Source: a virus. From it: a DNA stretch of 42,227 bases. The position numbers were made by a program, and so were the translations under genes. Of this stretch, positions 25,706-33,206 are shown one piece after another. Each line of letters opens with the position of its first letter. The stretch's first letter is position 1. Under the pieces are notes generated by a model that searched no databases, was not told the DNA's origin, and was given only the letters and a program-made list of their open reading frames with translations. The stretch lies in IMG/VR virus record IMGVR_UViG_3300019487_000012, positions 1 through 42,227 of that record, one strand, 5' to 3'.

Positions 25706-26535
25706 ACTCTAAATTCAGTTGGCTTGAAATGTAACCTAACTAATCCTTTTTGGATACCATAATCATTTACTTCACAAAGTTGGTGGTATTGACAAACGCC
25801 ATATTTTCCCTCACATTGCCAACTTTGAATAAAATCAGTGTCTTGTGCTATTCTGCGAAACCACTCGATTGTAGTTTGCTTCCATTTAGATATGTCATTT
25901 ACAGTAAATATATGCGATTTTCGTCGGAACCATTCTTTAGGCCCCCCTGTAGATTGTAGTCCAAAATAATTATAATGGACTATAGGTGTGTTCGCGGCCC
26001 AACAATATCCTTGTGCTTGGTTATTGTACGGGTAAATGTCATTTTTTCTGGACTCTGATTTATGATCTACTATACTAAATAGTTCTTTCTTTGGTGAAAG
26101 CCAAACTACTAAATCTGGTCGCCCTTCATAAATAAAACAGAATTGCTCATCTTCATAAAGCTTTTTTGAAAAGCCTTTTTCTGCTGCAATCGGAATCCAA
26201 AGCTCGTCTTGATAAAACTTAATATACATTAAGAAACGAGTTTGGATTAGTTCTCTATCTTCTTCTGAGAGATTATTGCCTTGCTGAATATATGCTTTAA
26301 TTAAATGATGGAGTAAGCCTTTAGTTACTTCATTGCGGATTTTAGCAGCGTAGAATTCTTCTAATAGCTTACTAATAATTATTCCACGCTCAAATGGATT
26401 ATGAATTCTACGAGGTTGAATCTCTTCTATTGTCGTCCACTTATATCGTTGCGGACACTGTTGATAGTCACTTAAGCTATGACTATCAATCATCAAATAT
26501 ATTTTGTTTTTTATGGTAGTGTGAATTTTAATCAT
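25699..26535 (-). CDS. Cas4-like PD-(D/E)XK exonuclease with Fe-S-type cysteine cluster (278 aa)
   Basis: N-terminal SLSDYQQCPQRYKW. Catalytic GRPDLVV ... IVDHKSES (D...D/E-x-K). QAQGYCW (QxxxY). C-terminal WQCEGKYGVCQYHQLC. Confidence 0.75.
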   Translation of the reverse strand: MIKIHTTIKNKIYLMIDSHSLSDYQQCPQRYKWTTIEEIQPRRIHNPFERGIIISKLLEEFYAAKIRNEVTKGLLHHLIKAYIQQGNNLSEEDRELIQTRFLMYIKFYQDELWIPIAAEKGFSKKLYEDEQFCFIYEGRPDLVVWLSPKKELFSIVDHKSESRKNDIYPYNNQAQGYCWAANTPIVHYNYFGLQSTGGPKEWFRRKSHIFTVNDISKWKQTTIEWFRRIAQDTDFIQSWQCEGKYGVCQYHQLCEVNDYGIQKGLVRLHFKPTEFRVW

Positions 26536-26573
26536 TGTTTAGCCTACAAATATTATTTCTACGTTAGTTAATT

Positions 26574-26780
26574 TCATTTGATTTTCTCTCCTGGCCAGTT
26601 CAAATTGCCAACCCAATAATTATGCCAATTTTTCAGCATAATATATCCAATATTATCCCAGTTATCTCGGTTTGCCTGAGACATAGTTTCTCTAGCAGTA
26701 GTAGCGTAGTTAAGCATAGCAACTACTAATGCTTCTCCTGGAAGTTGTCCTGATACCTTGAAGTCAATTGTTTCTGACAT
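26574..26780 (-). CDS. Hypothetical protein (68 aa)
   Basis: ORF coupled to the upstream gene. W/N-rich. No motif. Confidence 0.4.
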   Translation of the reverse strand: MSETIDFKVSGQLPGEALVVAMLNYATTARETMSQANRDNWDNIGYIMLKNWHNYWVGNLNWPGEKIK

Positions 26781-26965
26781 TACTTATTCCTTTCTGGTTT
26801 CTTTATAACCTTTCCTAATCCTGGTGTCTCTCTACGCGAGATTTCAAAATTCAGTTCGGCTCTAAATGCTGGAGTGAGATTCGCGTGTTCTTCTAGCCAT
26901 ATTAGATAATCGAGTGGAACGTCTACTATGTCAGTACCCTTATATTTTCCAAATGGCATTTTCAT
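26780..26965 (-). CDS. DUF3820-like small protein (61 aa)
   Basis: MPFGKYKGTDIVDVPLDYLIWLEEH matches the FGKYKG..l.dvP..YL.WL signature of DUF3820-type domains. Confidence 0.55.
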   Translation of the reverse strand: MKMPFGKYKGTDIVDVPLDYLIWLEEHANLTPAFRAELNFEISRRETPGLGKVIKKPERNK

Positions 26966-27103
26966 CTTTTACTTGACTCCTGTAGAATTCGTTTCCACGC
27001 TTCTTGTTTTTGAGCTACGATAGTAGCTGTTAATTCTTGCTCTAATTTCTTGATATTTTCTAGAAGGGCGATGATGGAAGGCTGCATTATTTCATTCATT
27101 CAT

Positions 27104-27541
27104 TTAGTTTCCTTTTTCAAAATAATCAATGACTATTATTTCACCAGCTTCTGGAATTGCATTAGTTACAAATGTTAGAGTGGTGTCTGCAACTGTGTAA
27201 TCTAAGCCTAAAGACAAGCGAATCCCATTGCGGTAAACTCGGTAGAGCTTAGATGTATCCAAACTAGTAGGGAATTTAATTACTGGTGTGACTTCTGTCG
27301 TGCGAATCATAAGTGTTTTTTCAACACTTGTAGAAATTCGCTTTAATTTAGGTGGATTGACGCTTGTATCCAAATCGTTTACGTCAAACTGTAAGAGCGA
27401 AAATCGATTGTTATGAACTACAATAGCATATCGAATATTCGCATTGGTGGATTGCACAATTTGTGCTGGTGTTGGTGCTGTTTGGGCATTTAATAGGCTA
27501 GCAAAGCTAGTCGTTAGGAACAGAAATTGCATCGGTTTCAT
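27104..27541 (-). CDS. Secreted protein with Sec-type signal peptide (145 aa)
   Basis: MKPMQFLFLTTSFASLLNAQTAP has the n-h-c organisation with an A-x-A-like LNA/Q site. AGGAG Shine-Dalgarno. The C-terminal segment YRVYRNGIRLSLGLDYTVADTTLTFVTNAIPEAGEIIVIDY looks beta-sandwich-like. Confidence 0.6.
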   Translation of the reverse strand: MKPMQFLFLTTSFASLLNAQTAPTPAQIVQSTNANIRYAIVVHNNRFSLLQFDVNDLDTSVNPPKLKRISTSVEKTLMIRTTEVTPVIKFPTSLDTSKLYRVYRNGIRLSLGLDYTVADTTLTFVTNAIPEAGEIIVIDYFEKGN

Positions 27542-27714
27542 TTCGTTTCTCCTTTTATTTGTTCATAGGAAGAGATAACTGCTTCTATGAAAATTCGTCG
27601 CTCTTCAATCTTGCTACACATTAGAATATAGAATGATCTGAAAACGAACATATAATTCTATCAGAATCCATTGCCATTTGGCCTTGCGTCCATTTTGTCT
27701 CATCAATAAGCAAT

Positions 27715-27882
27715 TCATGAACCTTCATTGTTTTCCTCTATTCTTTTAGGTGTTCTTTTTTGTAGTTCTTGATCCCAAAATTCAGGATCGTAACGAGATA
27801 ACTTAGGAGTGTTAGGCTGTTTAGTTCGCTCGTAAGAGCAACGTTCACATGGGCAAATAGTATAGAGAATTTCGGATTGCAT
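27715..27882 (-). CDS. Small Cys-containing protein (55 aa). This is a trimmed version of track ORF 27715..28056.
   Basis: The internal ATG 27882 is preceded by GAGGAAAA and lies just after the stop of 27893..28294. The product is MQSEILYTICPCERCSYERTKQ.... The longer track ORF would overlap the neighbouring gene by 164 nt. Confidence 0.5.
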   Translation of the reverse strand: MQSEILYTICPCERCSYERTKQPNTPKLSRYDPEFWDQELQKRTPKRIEENNEGS

Positions 27883-27892
27883 TTTTCCTCGG

Positions 27893-28294
27893 TTAAAAAT
27901 CCATTTCAATTGCATTAGCAATAGTATCGAAAGTAACTCCTTTGTCATTACTCGCAGATAGTTTCCCTCCCAAGGAAAAAGAATAAGGATCAGATTCAGA
28001 GAAACTTGCCCACTGTTGAACTCTAATTGGTAGATAATGAGTTGTTTCTCCATCATATTGAAATTTTGTGCTAAGAGATAGAATTGGTGGTGGAATTACG
28101 CCGTTTTGAACAGCAATGTCACACAATACACCTAAACAACAATATTCATTAGTGCAATTACGTAAACAGTTTCTACCTTGCTTGTAGGTTTTAGAGCGAA
28201 GAGCCTTAATCCATTTCTCTTTAATCTCTGGTTTCATTTTAGCCGTCAGTTTAGAAGTCCTTTTCTTACATATTTCTTTAATCTGTGATTCCAT
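27893..28294 (-). CDS. Conserved phage hypothetical protein with CCLGVLCD motif (133 aa)
   Basis: WIKALRSKTYKQGRNCL....YCCLGVLCD ... SASNDKGVTFDTIANAIE matches a widespread phage hypothetical family that I recognise but cannot name. Confidence 0.55.
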   Translation of the reverse strand: MESQIKEICKKRTSKLTAKMKPEIKEKWIKALRSKTYKQGRNCLRNCTNEYCCLGVLCDIAVQNGVIPPPILSLSTKFQYDGETTHYLPIRVQQWASFSESDPYSFSLGGKLSASNDKGVTFDTIANAIEMDF

Positions 28295-28402
28295 TTATTT
28301 ATCTAATCCTTTGCTAGATATACAATATCTAAAATTGCTTTCTTACTTCCGGTATCCTATTTAATCAAATCAGTCTGTTAATCTTGGTCGGGATTACCAA
28401 AC

Positions 28403-28645
28403 CTAATATACTCCTTTTTCTATCCTTTTTAGTATGATTACATCATCTGTCTGTAGTGGAAAACAACCAAATGCATCTTTTACTATGATAGGTTCATTTA
28501 GAACACTCATACTATACAAACGTCTTGCTGGCTTGTTTTGATCTTCATCTGCTTTACGCAAATATACTTCATCACCATTACGGAATGCTCTACGCATTGC
28601 AGAAATTAATTCAATATTCATAGAATTTACTTTTTTAACCAACAT
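28403..28645 (-). CDS. Hypothetical protein (80 aa)
   Basis: ORF overlapping the SNF2 stop by 11 nt. An alternative ATG is at 28621. Confidence 0.4.
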   Translation of the reverse strand: MLVKKVNSMNIELISAMRRAFRNGDEVYLRKADEDQNKPARRLYSMSVLNEPIIVKDAFGCFPLQTDDVIILKRIEKGVY

Positions 28646-30449
28646 ATTTCATTCTCTTAGCAATAACTTGCTCTGCTAGTTCAATTACAAATTGTAAATC
28701 TTGTTCATAATCTACGTCAAGCACGCTATTTGTAATCTCCGCTTTCAAGCGCACTAGTTCATGAAATAATTCATCTATAGTGTTTGCTGCCATGATATAA
28801 GTGTATGTTACCTTTGTAGTTGATCCTATTCGATGAAATCGGCCTTCAAATTGCATTTCAATCGCCTTATTCCATTGTCTCTCAGCGATTATTACATTAG
28901 AACAAAATTGCAGATTCCTACCTTCACCACACCCCTTAATGCTAGCTATGAGAATCAGTTTATTGGGATTTGTGCGAAACTCCTCTTGCTTCTCGTCTTT
29001 GACCTTCGCTGATTCCGAACTCATTTGAATCGGTTCTTGAATAGCGGTAGTCCAATTTTCGTTACAAATATCACAATACGGCGCTTCAATATCAAAGCAA
29101 ACATTCTTACATGTTGAGCATTGACGATAGCGTAGTAAACTAGCTAAATTCTCGCGCACTTGCTCGTGGTGCACTCCAATTGTAATTTTCTCTCCAGTTT
29201 GACTTACAAAATCCTGCACTAGCTGTGCTATTTGTTTTGTCTTTGCGAGTCCTACTAAATGCCGAATGCTCGACATTAGCGCAATGATTAGCATGGTATT
29301 ACGCGCACGTTCACTTACCTTACTCATCAGCGCTTCTAGTTCATCTAGCTGTTTATTGTAGCTAGAAATGAATTGCCTATTCCCGGCCAAGGAAATGAAC
29401 TCCGTGATTACTTGCGTTTCTGGAAGGTCTGGAAGTACCTCGGCTTTTGTACGGCGAAGTCGATATTTAGAAGTTGCCTTAAAGAAGTCATCTCTTCTAT
29501 GCTTGTTAATTCCTAGTGGTTTTCCTTTATGCCAATCACAGAAACGTAACAAGTAACTATCGTAAGGCCATTCCCTAGGAGCTATAGCTTGTAAGCTATT
29601 GAATAGCTCCATTGTGCGATTCATTACACTAGTGGCACTTAGACAAATCTTGTGCGGAATCTTTGCACAAATAGCTTTGAATGCTTCTGTTCGGCTTGCG
29701 CCATTATTTTTAAAATGATGACTTTCGTCAAAGACTACAAGCTTGAAGCCGTATTCTAAAATTGCATTGAGTAGCTTTGATTTGGCTATCATCATGTTAC
29801 TGATGATATAGATTTTCTGGCCCTCAAACAGTGCTCCATCACTATTCGTATGTACGAATGGAGCACAATCAGCAGTCATATGCTTTCCGCGATTAAACCA
29901 CTTCTTACATTCTCTCTGCCAATTAAATACTAGATTTGCCGGCGAAATAATGAGAACTGGTGCAACTTTATCTAGATTATAGCGAATTGTTTGGAGTGTT
30001 TGCGCTGTTTTACCTAATCCAGGTTCATCTTCAAGTAGGAAATTGAAATTTGCATTTTCAATTGCTTCAACTCCTGCTTTTTGGTAGTTAAATAGCTCAT
30101 CCCAAGTGTTATCTCTTTCTGGGTGAATTACTTCGGTAGGTTCTGCTGGTAAGGATTGCGGACTCGGTGCTTTGGGGGATTTGATTGTCAATTCAGCAGG
30201 AGAGGCTACAGTAGCAGCGAATTCGATGTTAATATGGCCACAAAGAAATCTTTTAGTTATTTGCCCTGCACTAGTCGTTATGCTTGCGATTTCTCTTTGC
30301 ATATCACAGCGTAAGCAATGTGCAAATTCTGGCAAGATAGCAGGTTTGATGGGTGGTAAGTCTTGCACTAAATGACCGCAAGTAAGCATTTGGAATTCGC
30401 CGACTTGGCTCTTTGCAGGAAAGTCTCTAAAACATTTTGGACAGTACAT
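28635..30449 (-). CDS. SNF2-family helicase with N-terminal and inserted zinc-ribbon elements (about 604 aa)
   Basis: Motif I LLEDEPGLGKTAQT, motif II VVFDESHHFKN, C-terminal lobe GCGEGRNLQ and QFEGRFHRIGST. Cys pairs CPKCF...CGH, CLRCD, CSTCKN..CDICN. The track start is TTG 30458. ATG 30449 (MYCPKCF) has AGGAA upstream and is preferred. Confidence 0.85.
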   Translation of the reverse strand: MYCPKCFRDFPAKSQVGEFQMLTCGHLVQDLPPIKPAILPEFAHCLRCDMQREIASITTSAGQITKRFLCGHINIEFAATVASPAELTIKSPKAPSPQSLPAEPTEVIHPERDNTWDELFNYQKAGVEAIENANFNFLLEDEPGLGKTAQTLQTIRYNLDKVAPVLIISPANLVFNWQRECKKWFNRGKHMTADCAPFVHTNSDGALFEGQKIYIISNMMIAKSKLLNAILEYGFKLVVFDESHHFKNNGASRTEAFKAICAKIPHKICLSATSVMNRTMELFNSLQAIAPREWPYDSYLLRFCDWHKGKPLGINKHRRDDFFKATSKYRLRRTKAEVLPDLPETQVITEFISLAGNRQFISSYNKQLDELEALMSKVSERARNTMLIIALMSSIRHLVGLAKTKQIAQLVQDFVSQTGEKITIGVHHEQVRENLASLLRYRQCSTCKNVCFDIEAPYCDICNENWTTAIQEPIQMSSESAKVKDEKQEEFRTNPNKLILIASIKGCGEGRNLQFCSNVIIAERQWNKAIEMQFEGRFHRIGSTTKVTYTYIMAANTIDELFHELVRLKAEITNSVLDVDYEQDLQFVIELAEQVIAKRMKYVG

Positions 30450-30520
30450 AAGCTTCAATTCCTGAGTTGAACAGAAACTACCAAGACTGGATAATCAGAA
30501 TTGGGATTGAGTCGCATAGG

Positions 30521-31003
30521 CTATTTTAGAACTCCCATTGCATCCGCAATAGCCACTTTAAGCTGTTTCTGATTCATTTCCTGAAATCCAGGAATCTCAA
30601 GGCCGTTTGTAATTACGAACTTGATTAGTTTGGCTGTTGTGGGATCAACTCGATTATTGCCAGTTAGCTGCTTGATTGCTTTAGTAGGATTAGCTTTAAT
30701 AGATTCCTGAAAAACGGTCTCTTTGTTGCGTTTCTTAGCTTCTAGCGTGTTTTCTATACCTTCGTTTGCTTTTTCGCGCAATACTATTAATTTTCGCGCT
30801 TTCAGTTCATTTTGCAAATGGTTTAGTTGAGCATTCAGCAATCCGTTGTAATGACGTAACTGAGTATCATCCATATCAAAAATACTCAGTTCAAACGGAT
30901 TCAAGCTAGGCATTTCCAATAGTGACAGTCCAAGCGCTTTTACTTCATGCGGATTGTTCCATTCGCAGTTTGCAAGCATTTCTTTTATGTCTGTTTTGGT
31001 CAT
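30521..31003 (-). CDS. Hypothetical early protein (160 aa)
   Basis: First long ORF of the leftward arm. Coiled-coil-like middle section. No clear SD at the annotated start. Confidence 0.45.
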   Translation of the reverse strand: MTKTDIKEMLANCEWNNPHEVKALGLSLLEMPSLNPFELSIFDMDDTQLRHYNGLLNAQLNHLQNELKARKLIVLREKANEGIENTLEAKKRNKETVFQESIKANPTKAIKQLTGNNRVDPTTAKLIKFVITNGLEIPGFQEMNQKQLKVAIADAMGVLK

Positions 31004-31200
31004 TGCTGTATGTTTTTTCTAGGCATTTTTCTATGTGGCGAAGCCATGGCCGTTAGACGGCTGTGCCAACCCCATATTAAGGCTATCCTAGAGTCATGTC
31101 AAGCACTATATTTGCTCTGGAATCAATGGGATGGCTGCTAGGCCCTTATTCTCCCCTGTATTGAACCCTTAGCCAGCCCTGGGGGTCGGTCCCAGATGCG

Positions 31201-31335
31201 TTTTTTATTTGTTAGGAAATACTAGTTATATTTACTTTTATTTGGTAGGGTATACTTCCATTTTTTATTAATAAATTATTCTGTTTATATTTTATTTATA
31301 TATTATTTTTTTTTATATATATTATTAAGTCATTG
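31201..31335. promoter_or_regulatory. Extreme AT-rich tract (candidate DNA unwinding element and/or promoter cluster)
   Basis: Hand count: 2 G/C in the 60 nt at 31261-31320 and 14 G/C in the 60 nt at 31201-31260. The tract is flanked by clearly G+C-richer sequence. An 11-bp inverted repeat, gtattgaaccc 31158-31168 / gggttcaatac 31389-31399, brackets it. Confidence 0.5.
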
Positions 31336-31769
31336 AAAACAAGCCACTTAGCCAAAATGGCAAAAAATCGATAAATGGCAGGGTAGAGGGGTTCAATACC
31401 TTCCCCAGGGATAGGGGTTCGCTTATGCTGCTGATTGTGCTAGGTTTAGCCGCAAAAATATAGCCAAGATACTGGCTACAGGATAGTCATGGTTTCGGTA
31501 TGGTATAGTCATGAGATGGGTCGGTTTTGAACAAGGTAGAATAATTGCTAGTGCTGGCTCTATGCAAATACTTGAGTTAAATTGCAATTATTTATTCTGA
31601 CAGCATCGCTTGGTAAGGCCGACTTGAGGACACTCTCTAGACCTAGGCGCAATGAGCCAGAATCGCCCTGTGCGAGGTCTTGAGACAGAGCAGGTAGGGA
31701 AGTAGGGGGAGGAACGCTGGAAGCGATTTTGCTTTGCTACGCTTGCATAGTAGAAATAGGTAGGAACCT

Positions 31770-31814
31770 AAAAACAATCGCCCCAGGTATTGCTACCCAG
31801 GGCGATTGTTTTTT
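31770..31814. terminator. Strong bidirectional rho-independent terminator
   Basis: A5-CAATCGCCC / GGGCGATTG-T6 stem (31775-31783 pairs with 31800-31808). After a 2x2 internal loop the stem is extended by GGTA/TACC (31786-31789 / 31794-31797) around a TTGC tetraloop. The A-run on one side and T-run on the other give a U-tract on both strands. It lies 21 nt downstream of the stop of the minus-strand gene 31835..32308. Confidence 0.8.
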
Positions 31815-31834
31815 GAGTCAGAAGTGACTAAATA

Positions 31835-32308
31835 CTACTCGTCGTCGCTTTCTTCCTCCTCTTCTCCACCAGTGAACCAGCGCGGTTCAGGCAGCGAATT
31901 CGCTGAGGTTGTAGCAGTGTAGTCGATTTCACTAGTAACGTTTCCAGCCTTCATAGCAGCATAGAATTCCTTCAACGGCGCAAACATTGGCTTCGCCAGC
32001 AGCATTTCCAGTGCATCTTCTTTGCTGTTTTCCAACACGTCAACCAAAGTTGTGAGCGATTCTCGGAATTGCCGACGGAGCTTTTTTTGGTCCTTGTTTC
32101 CGGCGAAACCAATCAGCGAATTGCTGGCGGAAACCTTTGCGTAGGACGTTGCTCCATGCCTAGCCCACTTCCAAAGATTCTCACCGTAAAGTGCTGTGGC
32201 TTCCTCCGGCGATTCAGGAACGCGCAATTTGAGATTTCCCGTACGAACGATCTTGTCGCCCGTCAAGGTCTCGATTGTCTTCTTTACTGATACTGCCTGT
32301 TCGGTCAT
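31835..32308 (-). CDS. Hypothetical early protein with acidic C-terminal tail (158 aa), compositionally atypical
   Basis: The track ORF starts at TTG 32386. ATG 32308 (MTEQAVSV...) is preceded by AAGGAG 8 nt upstream. It ends GGEEEEESDDE. Three hand-counted 60-nt lines give 48-57% G+C, against about 35% for a sampled structural-gene line. It has its own terminator. Confidence 0.65.
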   Translation of the reverse strand: MTEQAVSVKKTIETLTGDKIVRTGNLKLRVPESPEEATALYGENLWKWARHGATSYAKVSASNSLIGFAGNKDQKKLRRQFRESLTTLVDVLENSKEDALEMLLAKPMFAPLKEFYAAMKAGNVTSEIDYTATTSANSLPEPRWFTGGEEEEESDDE

Positions 32309-32628
32309 TGTACTATCTCCTTCAGTTTGAAATTCGGCGATGTTCGCCGTTGAGTTGATCGTCTCATAAGATGACCTCCATGTCAAGAATTATTCTCTGA
32401 GTGTTTGCAATGCCCTAGCGTTCGCTTCCCTTTAGAAAATTCTCCGATGCATGTCATAACCATAGTTTCTCCTACGGTCCTCAAGTGTTTGGAAGCCTTT
32501 CTCTTGGCATCGGAAACAAGGGCCAGAGAAACATGGTATTCTCCTAGCGTGTTCGGCGAAATGTAAAGAGAGCTATTCAGAAGACTCTAATTTATACTCT
32601 TTTTCTTCGCTCTTTTTGTGAAGTAATT

Positions 32629-32668
32629 TTAACTGGTTTTAACTATAGTTAACTAGTTTATGCTAACT
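32629..32668. repeat. Phased hexamer array: TTAACT at 32629, 32639 and 32649 (exact 10-bp period), plus CTAACT at 32663
   Basis: Read directly: ttTTAACTggttTTAACTatagTTAACTagtttatgCTAACT. Confidence 0.8.
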
Positions 32669-32896
32669 ATTGTATTTCACTCAGAATCGCCTGCTAGCGA
32701 ATCGCCTAGCGCAAAACATATGTAGGTATCACAAGCACTCTAAACGTAGTTTGGCTATTCAATTGTGTACTACGATTTCTACAAGATATTCACAGCGTAA
32801 GTTATTGATAATGGCATTCAACGCAATTCAATTGCCAAACTGAAAACACTCAGCAATTGAAGTACCAAATTAAATTTTATTAATAAATTCTGCGCT

Positions 32897-33006
32897 CTAG
32901 TACCTATTGCCTAGTACTTACTTAGTACTTTAGTACTAGAACATTTTGGCTAGTACTTTTGTACTAGTACTTTTGTACTAAGTATAGTACTTTAGTACTG
33001 GTACTC
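32897..33006. repeat. Dense array of GTAC-core sites: 11 GTAC cores in about 105 bp, 7 of them perfect TAGTACT. It includes a tandem 14-mer tagtacttttgtac x2 at 32951-32978.
   Basis: Perfect AGTACT at 32913, 32924, 32932, 32952, 32966, 32986 and 32994. Variant sites are at 32900, 32961, 32975 and 33001. Confidence 0.9.
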
Positions 33007-33206
33007 CCCCAACTGGCGAGCTTGGCGCAGCAATACGATTTCGATATTCCCTTACATACAAATTCTCTTCTATATTCACTTCCTATAGACCACTGGTATG
33101 CCCAAAACAAAATAAAAGTACAAAGCAAAGAATATAATTATTTTCCGCTCGCGCTAGCGAGTGCATATAATAAGGATAGCATGGCGCGGGGGTGCATACG
33201 GGCTAA

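Noticed and set aside
27715-28056. Track ORF of 113 aa overlapping 27893..28294 by 164 nt
   Set aside because: The N-terminal part is low-complexity out-of-frame sequence of the neighbouring conserved gene. An internal ATG at 27882 with a GAGG SD just after the neighbour's stop gives a sensible 55-aa gene instead.
30947-31141. Plus-strand ORF of 64 aa at the left edge of the control region
   Set aside because: It overlaps the start of the minus-strand gene 30521..31003, it has no SD, and its composition is Cys/Phe-rich junk-like.
31150-31412. tRNA or tRNA-derived attP core, suggested by GGTTCAATAC (T-loop-like) at 31389-31399 and its reverse complement at 31158-31168
   Set aside because: I could not build a cloverleaf on either strand. 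The T-stem would have only 2 G-C plus 2 G-U pairs, and there is no matching acceptor stem about 65 nt upstream. No integrase is present. I kept it as an inverted repeat only.
32897-33006. Could the TAGTACT/GTAC repeat array be a CRISPR array or a mini-array?
   Set aside because: The repeat units are only 6-14 bp with 0-14 bp between them. There are no repeats of about 24-48 bp separated by unique spacers of similar length, and no cas genes.
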